From Anaerohalosphaeraceae bacterium (GTDB lineage: Bacteria > Planctomycetota > Phycisphaerae > Sedimentisphaerales > Anaerohalosphaeraceae): 64,000 bases of DNA. The notes under the pieces are model-generated. The model was not told the origin of the DNA, searched no databases, and saw nothing but the letters and a program-made list of their open reading frames with translations. This document shows positions 29,654 to 39,547 of the stretch, in pieces. The DNA lies in assembly GCA_963675525.2 (NCBI GenBank), contig CAXXSL010000013.1, forward strand, positions 352,001-416,000, given 5' to 3'. Position 1 is the first letter of the stretch, and each line of letters begins with the position of its first letter. The translations under genes and the position numbers were made by a program.

Positions 29654-30618
29654 TTGTACACCGCCCTTTTGAACTGTGTAGCCGCGACGATCAGCAGTCC
29701 GCACGCCAATAAAGAGATTTCAGCCATTGCAACCATCTTCCAATGGTCATACAGAAACTCGCTTTGGGAAGCGGCCATCAGCGAATCCTCCTCTGTGAAG
29801 GTGAAAGATTCCGGTGTGTTTTGATCACTTTGCATTCCGGCTAAGTCCATTGAAATCGAATCCACCCGTGCCACTGAAGTGGCTGTATCTTCCTGCTCCG
29901 ATGCCTGCGAGTCAACAGTATCTGCCCCTCGATGCCAGACTTTACCGTTATCTCTTATGCCGGCAACCCATGCGGCACTCGCTTTATCTTTGAGCAGCAA
30001 CTCATAGCTGTTGCGAACCTGCCCGGCAACCGACTTCCAAATCGGTGTTGCGCCCGTAATGCCTTGAATCTCCTTCGGCCGGGTGATGACTTGAGGATCC
30101 CGAAACTGCTCAAGAAATGTATACTTGCCCGCCTTGTAGGGTTTGTCATCTGCGGCGCGGCCCTTTTCAAATGTATAGACTTTAATTGCGGGCGGTTGGT
30201 GCGGTAAAGCTGTCATCCCCAACAGTATCAGAACCGAGCTTTTTTCATTTCCGATCCGACAGGCCTGTGCTACTCGGAAAATTTCATCACTTTGGCCGTC
30301 GAATGCAACAAGCGTCTCCCGTCCCGGTTCCTGCAGAAAGAAAACATCTCTGTCCGGTCCGAGAAGCATATCGAAAACCGCTTCTCTCTCAGAGGCCGGC
30401 AAAAGATGATACGTATAGGGCACAGCGCCAGGTTTCTCTCCGGATATTGTCAGTTCGGCAGTAACGGCATGGTCTGCCGGATTAACGTCTTCAACAGTCT
30501 GCATCGGTACATCCGTCGGCTCAAAAGTTAAGTGTTTGTATTCCTCTCTGCAGCCGGTCAATACCGTCAGGAACACTAAACCTAAAAGAATTTTATTGCG
30601 AAATCGCATCATTGTCAT
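29650..30618 (-). CDS. Hypothetical lipoprotein with C-terminal TM helix
   Basis: MMRFRNKILLGLVFLTVLTGC lipobox; hydrophobic C-terminus; tightly packed in the operon. Confidence 0.7.
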   Translation of the reverse strand: MTMMRFRNKILLGLVFLTVLTGCREEYKHLTFEPTDVPMQTVEDVNPADHAVTAELTISGEKPGAVPYTYHLLPASEREAVFDMLLGPDRDVFFLQEPGRETLVAFDGQSDEIFRVAQACRIGNEKSSVLILLGMTALPHQPPAIKVYTFEKGRAADDKPYKAGKYTFLEQFRDPQVITRPKEIQGITGATPIWKSVAGQVRNSYELLLKDKASAAWVAGIRDNGKVWHRGADTVDSQASEQEDTATSVARVDSISMDLAGMQSDQNTPESFTFTEEDSLMAASQSEFLYDHWKMVAMAEISLLACGLLIVAATQFKRAVYK

Positions 30619-30619
30619 G

Positions 30620-31675
30620 TTACCCACAAATGCTGCTATTCCATTCATTTTCCAGTCCACGTAAACGAAACATAATCTTCAAAACGGAAGCTGCTTGGTT
30701 CTGTTTAATGGGATACCCTGCCTGGGCAAGCCAGTGGAAACCCTCGAGGGCCTTTTGGATCGCCGCATTGACGACTTCCATTCTTATCGCAGCAAATGAG
30801 CTAATACTGAATTGCGCATTTGCCTGACTCTGCCGCAACTGTTTCCATGTCAAGGAACCGTCGCCGTGGTGAATAATCCAACTAGCCAGCAGATTTGTTT
30901 TATTCGCACAAAGATCTTCTTCAATATCAACCACATCATCCAGCATTTGCAAAGCGACACCGATGGACAGGATTCCTTTTTCGGCTAAATGGAGCGGTTC
31001 GGACAATGCTTTTTCATTTTCAATCGGCGCAACCAGAGACAGCCGGAGCAGTTCCCCGCCAATCTTCTCGTGAACGGTTTGAATGAGAGTTTCGGGATGC
31101 GGAATTTTGTCTTTGTCCGCCATCGAGGTTATGCTTTCACCGGCGGCGATGGAATAGAGACTGTCCACAAGTTTAATTTCGATCCTGGCTGTTTCGGCAT
31201 CGCTATCGGTAACTTCATGAATCGCCTGAGATAGTATGCGCTGAGACATCAGTGTCAAAAGGTAATTCCTCAGCACAGGATTGGCCTGCTCTGATTGTAG
31301 GCGAACCGCCCCCTTTTGTTCTTTGTCGAGAATATTATCTGCATTGGTCACAATGGTCCGCAGGCAATGAAGAATGAGGCCGTACCGAAGCCGGCGATAC
31401 AGCGGAATATCCAATGAAACAAAAACGCTAAGAAACAGAACACTAAAAAAATTCCGTTCAAAATACTGGTGCCGCGGCAGGTTCACATACGGAAACTCGG
31501 CATGAGAGCCGCAAACGCCCCGCTGCATGTGTTCAGCAAACAGATTTTCCACGAAATGGTGCTCTTTAACGGCTCGATTTAATAATGCGATCAGCCGCGG
31601 GCCCTGAAGTCCAAGCTTTACAAAATCCTGGAATCTGTGATAGTCTTTTTTAACCTGACGGATTGTTTTATCCAT
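30620..31675 (-). CDS. Atypical class I isoprenoid synthase-fold protein
   Basis: Asp-rich motifs NADNILD and LQMLDDVVDIEED...KTN; KIGG at the position of the KT motif. Confidence 0.7.
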   Translation of the reverse strand: MDKTIRQVKKDYHRFQDFVKLGLQGPRLIALLNRAVKEHHFVENLFAEHMQRGVCGSHAEFPYVNLPRHQYFERNFFSVLFLSVFVSLDIPLYRRLRYGLILHCLRTIVTNADNILDKEQKGAVRLQSEQANPVLRNYLLTLMSQRILSQAIHEVTDSDAETARIEIKLVDSLYSIAAGESITSMADKDKIPHPETLIQTVHEKIGGELLRLSLVAPIENEKALSEPLHLAEKGILSIGVALQMLDDVVDIEEDLCANKTNLLASWIIHHGDGSLTWKQLRQSQANAQFSISSFAAIRMEVVNAAIQKALEGFHWLAQAGYPIKQNQAASVLKIMFRLRGLENEWNSSICG

Positions 31676-32345
31676 TGTTGTTTCCTTTTGGTTTGACCGC
31701 CCGAAACATAGAAACCATATTCCATTTTCGCTTGATCAGTTCAATTTCAGTAAACCCCGCCTCCGCCATCAGTTCGGGCAGCACACCGTCCATATTTTCT
31801 TTAATGGCCGGCTGCATCAGGAACAGCCAGCCGCATGTCGTGATAAATTTCGTGAGCGGATTTCCGGGCCGGTCGATGTCAATCGTAACAAAGATACCGC
31901 CGTCACGCAGCACACGATACGCTTCGGCCATTGATTCGCGTTTCAGGTCGATGGGCAAATGATGATAGAACATGCTGCTGAAACAATAGTCGAATGATGC
32001 ATCATCGAAAGGAAGCCGTTCAGCCAGCGCATGCTGAAAATGACACCGCGCGGCCAGGTCTGTTTTATTTAGTCTTTTTTCGGCAACACGAATCATCTTG
32101 CCCGCCGCGTCAATCCCTTCGATGTGCCCGGTCCCGTTCAGTTTTTCGGCGATCTGAAGCGTCATCACCCCGGTACCGCAACCCAGATCCAGGATGCGGT
32201 CATTGGCTTTGAAATCCATATACCCGATAGCCTCAGCCCGTATACGGGCGGACCGGCCCAGGTAAGCAAGGTTCGTCACCGCATCATAGACACCGGCCGC
32301 ATGGTCCAATGTCCGCCCTGCTGTTTGAAGTTTTTGGTCTTTCAT
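31668..32345 (-). CDS. UbiE/MenG-like class I SAM methyltransferase
   Basis: AGVYD, ILDLGCGTG, AERLPFDDASFD, AYRVLRDGG. Confidence 0.88.
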   Translation of the reverse strand: MKDQKLQTAGRTLDHAAGVYDAVTNLAYLGRSARIRAEAIGYMDFKANDRILDLGCGTGVMTLQIAEKLNGTGHIEGIDAAGKMIRVAEKRLNKTDLAARCHFQHALAERLPFDDASFDYCFSSMFYHHLPIDLKRESMAEAYRVLRDGGIFVTIDIDRPGNPLTKFITTCGWLFLMQPAIKENMDGVLPELMAEAGFTEIELIKRKWNMVSMFRAVKPKGNNNG

Positions 32346-34366
32346 TGTGCTCTGACTCCTTCAAATAAATTCAACATTTGCGGCAGGATAAATAAAGAGA
32401 TCAGCAGACAAAAACCCAAACCGGCCATTACGACAAGACCCAACTGCCGAAATCCCGGATTAGCGGAAAGCATCAGGCTGCCGAAACCAATCATGGATGT
32501 CAAGGTCGTTCCGATGATCGGCGTAGCCACGCTGCGAAGTGCCTGATGCACATTTTTGTTTTCGATATACCAGCGACTTAACAGATGCACACCGTCATCA
32601 ATGCCGGCGCCGATGATTAACGGCACAATGACAATGGTCATGATCGTAAAATCAATTTTCATGTATCCCATAAATCCGACCATCAGGAGAGTACCCAGAA
32701 TGACCGGCAGCATCGCAAGAAATGTGCGGCTGACGGTCCTGAAACAGTAAAAAACAAAAGCACAAACAAACAGCACCGCCAGCAAACTGCAGTGCAGTAA
32801 ATCGGCTTTAATCGTTTGATTGAGCGCAGCATTCAGAAACGGCGAACCGGTTACAAGATTTCCGTCTCCGGGAAACTGTTTTTCGCATTGCTCCACCACA
32901 GATGCGATTCTTTTAAAAACAGCCGGCTTAAATGCATTGTCTTTAGGATAGGCCAGGATCAGATGCGTCCCGTCTTCCCCCACAAACCGGTCCGGGTCGT
33001 CATTTTGCTGCTGTGCCAACAGAAAACTTTCCATCAGGTCGAACGGTGATTCCGGCAAACTCTGCAGAAAGGCCAGCTTCGCCTCTTCCGTCTGCGTATC
33101 AGGACAGACAAATGCGATCGGAACCGGAGAAATCCCCCACTGGTCCTGAAGTTTGTTTTGGAGCGCATACGCCGGCAGTGTCTGCTCGGCCAGTTTGTTC
33201 TGATCGGAATTGAATTTAACACGCGCCGAACCCCATCCCCCCGCAACTAATATCAGAACTATTATCGTTATTAATCGTGACTTGGACGAAATGTTCACAA
33301 TACGATTAAACCGCTCACCCGGCAGTTGGCGTATGTTCGCAAGCGTTTTCACGGGAACGGCGGTAAGCAATATCGGCAGCAACCCGGTGGCGACGATAAA
33401 CGTACAGCCAATCCCGAATGCCCCCATCAAGCCCATCTGACGCAGCCCTTCGGAGCCGGCAAAACAAAGCGATAAAAATGCCGCCATCGTCGTTAATGCC
33501 CCAATCAGCAGCGGCTTGTAGATTTTTGAAAATACATACGTCAGAAACACCGTTCGGGTCTCCTGTTGCTGGCCGGACACAACCGAAGATAACTGAGCCG
33601 CTTTTTCATGAAATGCATAAATGGTATGTAAACTGAAATCCACCCCCAGCCCAAGCATAACTGCCGGAAGAGTTGCCGTCAGAAGATTCAACTGCCCCAT
33701 CGTCAATCGCACCAGTCCCAGCGTCCAGCACAATCCGATACACAACGTAACGGCCATCCAGACAACGACAACCCACGGGAGATTGAACACCAGCAGCAAC
33801 AGCACGAGGATTCCGACCAGTGTCACTAATCCGGCACGAAACATATCCCTGTTGGCCGCATCTGCCGACTCAATCAGTACCTGGTAACTGCCCGTTATCC
33901 CCACTGGAAAATCGAACTGTCCGGCAAGAGAACGAATCGCTTTACTCAAACGGCGGCTTTGTGAAAAAACCGTCGGCTTGAAAATCGGCTTGACCTGTAT
34001 CAGAACCGCCTTTGAAGTATCCGGCGTATTGCCCGACGAAGGGTTTTCTGTCGGTATCACCTGAACATGGGCAACATCTTTCAGGCTTTGCAGCCTTGCC
34101 GGGAATTGCTGAAGTGCCTGCTCGCTGACAGTCTCGTTACCGTCAATGAAAAGTACAAACGCATCGGTCCCCGTGAAATTTCCCAGCACTTGTTTGTAGG
34201 TCTTAACCGTTTTATCGGAGGGGTCAAGCAGCGCCGTAAAATCCGCATCGACCCCAAGCCCCCGAATACCCCAAAGGGATAAAACCGTAAGCACCGAGAT
34301 TATCACAAACACGGCTGCCTTATGAGCCGATAAGACAGCACAATACAAGCGCTCAAATCGTTTCAT
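32342..34366 (-). CDS. MMPL/RND family lipid transporter
   Basis: Twofold TM repeat with GLGVDFSLH and GAGIDDGVH; ALTTMAAFLSL and TLTSMIGFGSL. Confidence 0.88.
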   Translation of the reverse strand: MKRFERLYCAVLSAHKAAVFVIISVLTVLSLWGIRGLGVDADFTALLDPSDKTVKTYKQVLGNFTGTDAFVLFIDGNETVSEQALQQFPARLQSLKDVAHVQVIPTENPSSGNTPDTSKAVLIQVKPIFKPTVFSQSRRLSKAIRSLAGQFDFPVGITGSYQVLIESADAANRDMFRAGLVTLVGILVLLLLVFNLPWVVVVWMAVTLCIGLCWTLGLVRLTMGQLNLLTATLPAVMLGLGVDFSLHTIYAFHEKAAQLSSVVSGQQQETRTVFLTYVFSKIYKPLLIGALTTMAAFLSLCFAGSEGLRQMGLMGAFGIGCTFIVATGLLPILLTAVPVKTLANIRQLPGERFNRIVNISSKSRLITIIVLILVAGGWGSARVKFNSDQNKLAEQTLPAYALQNKLQDQWGISPVPIAFVCPDTQTEEAKLAFLQSLPESPFDLMESFLLAQQQNDDPDRFVGEDGTHLILAYPKDNAFKPAVFKRIASVVEQCEKQFPGDGNLVTGSPFLNAALNQTIKADLLHCSLLAVLFVCAFVFYCFRTVSRTFLAMLPVILGTLLMVGFMGYMKIDFTIMTIVIVPLIIGAGIDDGVHLLSRWYIENKNVHQALRSVATPIIGTTLTSMIGFGSLMLSANPGFRQLGLVVMAGLGFCLLISLFILPQMLNLFEGVRAQ

Positions 34367-34507
34367 ATCATAGTTATCACAGTTGAAATCGTATTTAAAA
34401 ACCTCTTTATTCCTGACAATATCGAAGGTTACGGATTATCACTTCTCTTGTTCATTATACCCCGGAAAGCTCAGAATGTTCTGAGTCTTCCGAGGCAAAA
34501 AGTGTTG

Positions 34508-36149
34508 TTAACCGAGAATTTCCGCTAAATCTTCTTCGGGTGTCGAAATCGGCGCCAGTTTGAATTTTTCGACCAGCACATTCAGCACATTGGGACCGAT
34601 AAACGCCGGCAGCGAAGGCCCGATCTTGATGTTCTGAATACCCAGATGCAGCAGTGTCAGCAGAATGCACACGGCTTTCTGCTCATACCAGCTCAGTACC
34701 ATCGACAGCGGCAGGTCATTGACGCCGCAGTCAAAGGCATCGGCCAGCGCGACGGCAATTTGAACAGCCGAATAGGCATCGTTGCACTGTCCGATATCCA
34801 GCAGCCGGGGGATACCGCCGATATCGCCAAACGGAAGTTTGTTGAAGCGGTATTTGCCGCAGGCTAATGTCAGGATAACACAATCGTCCGGAACCTGCTG
34901 AGCAAAATCAGTATAATAGTTCCGCCCGGGTTTGGCACCATCACATCCGCCGATCAGGAAGAAGTGACGAATCTTGCCCGCCTTGACCGCATCGATCACA
35001 GTCCCCGCAACGCCCATCACGGCATTATGCCCGAAACCGATAGTAATGGTCTTTTCCTCAGTCATCCTCTGTGAAACCCGGCTGTGCCAATGCGGCTTTA
35101 ATCACCGGCGTAAAATCCTTATCCGCTCCAATGTGTTTTACATTCGGCCAGGCCACCAGACCGGTTGTAAAAATCCGGTCGTTATAACTGTCACGCGGTT
35201 TTTGAATGCAGTTCGTTGTCATCAGGATCGCACCCGGGAAGGCATCGAACTCTTTGGCCTGATCCTGCCACGCCCCACCATAGTTGCCGACAAGGTGTTT
35301 GTACTTTTTCAATTCCGGATAGGCCAGGCACGGCAGCATTTCACCGTGCGTATACACATTGATGCCTTTGCCTTCGGTTTGCTTGAGTAAATCCTCAAGG
35401 TCTTTCAGATCGTGGCCGGAAACAAGGATCGCCTTGCCTTTGACAGGCGTAACACGTACAACGGTCGGCTCGGGATGGCCGTACTTTCCGGTATTGGCCG
35501 TATCGAGCATTCCCATGACCGTCAAATTGACCTCGCCAACTTTCATCGCCATTGCGACCAGTGCATCCACATCGGTCGCCGCTTCGGTCGTCAGAAAATC
35601 CAGCGATTCATGGAAAAAGGCGTACACGTCATCGTCTTCGACACCCAAAACCCTCGCGTGGTCAGCATACGCGGCCGTTCCCTTGAGACCATACAGGATC
35701 AATTCCTGCAGACCGGCTACGTCGGGTCCGAGGTCTTCCAGCCGATTAGCAATGCTAAGCGACGCGGCCTGAGCAAGCATCGCTTCACGGTTTGCCGGTG
35801 CTGTCCAGGACGTGAATTGTTTGGGCTCAACGCCCTTTGCTTTACAGGTTTCGGCGCATAGTGATTTGGCCTGTTCCAGTATCACGGCGGCCTTAGCAAT
35901 CAGAGCCTCCAGGCGGACCGGATCAAAGTTGACATTGGTCACTGTCGAAAACAGGGCCTCAACGACAAACTGATCGATCTGCCGGTCTGACTTGCCTTGC
36001 TTTCCGGCACAATGGGCATATTGGGCGATCCCTTCGACGGCATGTACCAGTAAATCCTGCAAGTCCGCTGTTTCCGCCGTCTTGCCGCACACACCAATTT
36101 TCGCACACCCTTTACCCCCTGCTGTTTGTTCACATTGATAACAAAACAT
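34508..36149 (-). pseudogene. hcp: Hybrid cluster protein, split by a +1 frameshift at about 35062 (real or sequencing error)
   Basis: MFCYQCEQT...C...GVCGK, SGHDL, THGEMLP, TTNC in ORF 35058-36149; GGCDG, LACGK, GQCND, SWYEQKA in ORF 34508-35065; junction GAG GAT G ACT GAG GAA. Confidence 0.9.
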
Positions 36150-36186
36150 GATAAGTTCCTTTCCCGTAAAATCTGGTGTTCTATTC

Positions 36187-36250
36187 TTTAATTTTTGGAA
36201 TTTTATATTTTGAATTTGTTTCGAATTTAGAAATTAGGATTTCGGATTTT
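36187..36250. repeat. Degenerate T-rich heptamer tract overlapping the cupin 3' end
   Basis: tttgaatttgtttcgaatttagaaattaggatttcggattt. Confidence 0.6.
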
Positions 36251-36602
36251 CTTTTGCTCGTATCATCGTCAACAGCATTTTGAATTTCTTTTCGGCCGTA
36301 ACCGCATGCGGAATGTTCGCAGGCATAATGATGATCTGCCCGGCCCCGACTGTCTGGTCCTTGCCGTCAATGGTGATGACGCCCTCGCCGTCAACGACCT
36401 GCACCACCGCATCGAACGGCGCGGTGTGTTCGCTGAGTCGCTGGCCGGCGTCGAAGGCGAACAGGGTTAACGTTCCGACCGGTTTATCGAGAAGTGTTTT
36501 GCTGACGACGGAATCGGCCGCATAGTCGATCAGTTTTTCGAGAGCTGCTGCTTTGCCGAAACAGGCTTCCAGGTGATTTGTCTGTTTATCCATCTTATCC
36601 AT
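36234..36602 (-). CDS. Cupin domain protein
   Basis: VVSKTL, TLFAFDAGQRLSEHTAPFDA, MPANIPHAV, FKMLL. Confidence 0.9.
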   Translation of the reverse strand: MDKMDKQTNHLEACFGKAAALEKLIDYAADSVVSKTLLDKPVGTLTLFAFDAGQRLSEHTAPFDAVVQVVDGEGVITIDGKDQTVGAGQIIIMPANIPHAVTAEKKFKMLLTMIRAKENPKS

Positions 36603-37017
36603 TTTCAGATTCTCCGCTAATAAATTCTTTTAACGTCAGTTCTTCTAAATACCCGACGATCTGATTTTGCAGGACCGCCATTCTCGGATGGGCCGGACAC
36701 TCTTTCTTTAACGGACATTTAAAATCGCCCAACAGGCAACGATTCACCGAAACCGGCCCCTGCACCGCCTCGATTAAATGGCGAAATTGGATTTTCTCAG
36801 GCTTTTTGGCCAGTTTCCAGCCGCCCTTCGGCCCCATGACGCTCTCAACAATGCCCGCATGGCTTAGTTTCTGCAAAATCTTGCAGGTCAACGCGTAGGA
36901 CACCTGTGCTTCGTTAGCCAGCAGTTTGGCCGAAAGCGCCGTTTGCTCGGCGTAAACGGCGGTAAGCTTAGCCGCAAGGCGAAACGCGTAATCTGTATCC
37001 CGACGAATTAAATCCAT
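36595..37017 (-). CDS. Rrf2 family transcriptional regulator with 3 Cys
   Basis: TDYAFR, KILQKL, GPKGGWKLAK, IEAVQG, C-x6-C-x5-C. Confidence 0.93.
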   Translation of the reverse strand: MDLIRRDTDYAFRLAAKLTAVYAEQTALSAKLLANEAQVSYALTCKILQKLSHAGIVESVMGPKGGWKLAKKPEKIQFRHLIEAVQGPVSVNRCLLGDFKCPLKKECPAHPRMAVLQNQIVGYLEELTLKEFISGESENG

Positions 37018-37036
37018 TTCTGTTTTACTTTCTCAG

Positions 37037-37085
37037 CTTGTCATTCCCGCGAACAACTTGTCATTCCCGCGAAGGCGGGAATCCA
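37037..37085. repeat. REP-D palindrome with a partial 20-bp-period duplication, in the rrf2 leader
   Basis: cttgtcattcccgcgaa at 37037 and 37057; full tgtcattcccgcgaaggcgggaatcca at 37059-37085. Confidence 0.9.
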
Positions 37086-37109
37086 TCGTTATAGACCGCT
37101 ATTTACTAT

Positions 37110-37146
37110 GTAAGACTAATATAGTCCTACTCATCGGCAAAGTCAA
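37110..37146 (-). promoter_or_regulatory. sigma70 promoter of rrf2 with an IscR-type inverted repeat over the -10
   Basis: Minus strand TTGACT, 17 bp, TATATT; palindrome GTAaGACTA-ata-TAGTCcTAC (37110-37130) resembles the GACTR-www-YAGTC core of IscR type 1 sites. Confidence 0.8.
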
Positions 37147-37199
37147 GCGTTCATATTAATTTTTTCGAAAAATTCTTTGCCCCGCCCCGAACATAGTAG

Positions 37200-37228
37200 T
37201 GTCATCCCGGGCTTGACCCGGGATCCAG
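37200..37228. repeat. REP-D-related palindrome
   Basis: tgtcatcccgggcttgacccgggatccag; same TGTCAT...ATCCAG ends; a relative is at 39403-39432. Confidence 0.8.
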
Positions 37229-37254
37229 ATATAAAACAGAAAAACTCCATCGTT

Positions 37255-37665
37255 GGCCCAAAAGGCCTATATACCTTAGCCCGGGGCAACGCCCCGGGGT
37301 GGAAAATGCAAAAATCTATAATCCGCCCTATAAGGGAAGTATACGATTCCACAAGCCCGTAGGGCTTGAATAATAATAGCCGCGGGTGAAGCGAAGCGAA
37401 ACCCGTGGAAAACGAATCCCCCAACCCGCCTCACGACCCTAACAGGGTCGAACAAATTCTTAAATCAAATATTCCACAAGCCCGCAGGGCGAAATGTTGT
37501 AGCCGCGGGCGTCAGCCCGTGGAAAAAAGAATCTCTCCCTCTCCCCAAGCCCCCGCAGGGGGCGACAGTCACTTAGCCGGGGGTGTAAACCCCCGGAAAA
37601 AGAATCAAAAACAAACACAGCCCCGACTTGTCCTCCGTAGCCTTGGCGAAGGAGGAAGGGGCGAA
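37255..37665 (+). repeat. Array of four tripartite hairpin units related to the IS200-like tnpA flanks
   Basis: Each unit is a short GCCC..GGGC hairpin, a TAGCC-led hairpin, an A/C-rich spacer and a closing hairpin; unit 1 core tagcccggggcaacgccccggg is identical to 49095-49116. Confidence 0.85.
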
Positions 37666-37783
37666 AGTAAAAAAAGGCTTTTCGACTGAGCAGGAAAGGT
37701 CAGTTTAGACGTCCCCTTAAGATTCCCCTTGATTCAAGACAGGCTCGGTAGGTATAATGAAGGTTTTGAAAAGGAGAGGAAAA

Positions 37784-39131
37784 ATGATCACAATTTGGAG
37801 GCTGGAAGGGTGAAAAGCAATCCCGTATGGTTTCCGGAAATTCTCGCGGCGATCCTTTGCATCAGCGGCCCAATTTGGGCGGCCTGCCCCGGTGCCGACC
37901 TGAGCGGTGACTGCAAGGTAAACCTCGATGACTTTTCCATGATGGCCTCCGAATGGCTGACAACGTATGACCCAAACGACCTTTCTGATATGGCATTCCA
38001 GTGGCTCGATGACAGCGCTTTCGTAACAACCTGGGACACGAGGTACTTTCCTTTTGGTGGTAGTACAACGGTCACCTTGGCGCTGGCCGGTACTGTGGAT
38101 GCTACGATTGACTGGGGGGATGGCATGGTTGAAACCGTAACGACTCCCGGGCCTCATATGCACGACTACGACATTGATGGGATCTACACCGTTTCGGTCA
38201 CCGGCAGCGTGACGGCATACAACAGCTTAGACAACGGCGGTGCCTTTTCCGATCGCGCAAAGCTGGTAAGCGTCGATAACTGGGGGCAACTTGGCTGGAC
38301 CAGCATGTATGGTGCATTCTATGATTGTTCGGATCTTGTTTCAGTACCGCCTACTTCTGAGGGCATTGAAAGCGTTACCGACATGAGTTGGATGTTCTGC
38401 AATGCGTCTGCATTGAATAGCGATATCAGCGATTGGGATACTTCCAGCGTTACCAATATGGGTACATGTTCGACTCTGCGCTATTGTTCGACCAGGATAT
38501 TAGCGGTTGGGACACCTCCAGCGTGACCGATATGAACTATATGTTCTACAATGCGATCTCGTTTAATCAGGATATCGGCGAATGGAATACCTCCAGCGTT
38601 ACCGATATGGGTCATATGTTCGAGCATGCGCGGGTGTTTAATCAGGACATTGGCGACTGGGATACCTCCAGTGTTACCAATATGTACGGGATGTTCTACA
38701 ATGCGCACTTGTTTAACAGAAATATTAGTAGCTGGGACACCTCCAGTGTTACCAGTATGCACTTGATGTTCAGCCTTGCGGTAGCGTTTAACGGTAACGT
38801 CGGCGCATGGAATACCTCTAATGTTACCGATATGGGCGGGATGTTCTACTTTGCGTCGTCGTTCAACCAGTACATCGGCGATTGGGACACCCCCAGCGTT
38901 ACCGACATGGGCTATATGTTCGGCGGGGCGGAGTTGTTCAATCAGGACATTAGCGACTGGGATACCTCCAACGTCGCCAACATGGTCGTTATGTTCGGCG
39001 GTGCGGAGTTGTTCAACCAGGATTTATCTGGATGGTGTGTTTCACTTATTCCTTTTAAACCCAACAGTTTCGATAACGGTGCCACCAGTTGGACACTCCC
39101 GCAACCGGTCTGGGGAAACTGCCCGCCGTAA
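37784..39131 (+). pseudogene. BspA/DUF285 surface repeat protein with dockerin-like and PKD-like N-terminal modules; frameshift at about 38463
   Basis: ACPGADLSGDCKVNLDDF, FVTTWDT, IDWGDG, repeated [11 protein letters not shown]...FNQDI. Start is either ATG 37784 (strong RBS, needs one extra G at 37808-37810) or GTG 37810. Confidence 0.85.
38434..39035. repeat. 75-bp (25-aa) DUF285 repeats
   Basis: Trp codons at 38434, 38508, 38583, 38658, 38733, 38808, 38883, 38958 and 39033; the first interval is 74 rather than 75. Confidence 0.95.
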
Positions 39132-39287
39132 TAAAAAGCCTCCTGACTTATTCAGGATACACCGCTTACCAAAAGTATCATATTGAATAAAAAAAACTTC
39201 GTGTTTCTTCGTGCCGCTTCGTGGTGAAATTGGATTTTAGCGTCTGGGATTTGGAATTTAATTTTTGGCGAAAAGTTAAAAATTTAT

Positions 39288-39315
39288 TTGACATTTATCT
39301 AACTTATGGGATAAT
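39288..39315 (+). promoter_or_regulatory. Orphan sigma70-like promoter
   Basis: TTGACA, 16 bp, GATAAT with TGn extension and AT-rich upstream; no credible gene follows. Confidence 0.55.
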
Positions 39316-39547
39316 ACATAAAAATCGAATATAGGATATTTTGACAATTAAATCAGAGTGCGAACGTCCCCGTCGCCCGGCTAAAAAAAAGCCAACCCAA
39401 GCTGTTATTCCGGCCCCCGAGCCGGGATCCAGAATTGAAACAGCCATCCCGACTCGTCGGGATTTCACAATTCAACATTAAAAATTCAAAATTCAAAATT
39501 ACCCCCGTATTCCTTCTTTTAAAAATCGGTGAAATCTGTGTAATCCG

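Noticed and set aside
35055..35070. prfB-like programmed +1 frameshift in hcp
   Set aside because: GAC TGA offers no re-pairing for the P-site tRNA in the +1 frame (ACT).
37255..37665. CRISPR array
   Set aside because: Units are not identical direct repeats, periods are irregular, no cas genes are present and the core matches tnpA flanks.
37143..37689. Short ORFs 37143-37424, 37177-37362 and 37405-37689
   Set aside because: Translations of palindromic repeats with no RBS or family motifs.
38434..39035. DGR template/variable repeat pair
   Set aside because: No reverse transcriptase in the window and differences are not adenine-specific; ordinary DUF285 repeats.
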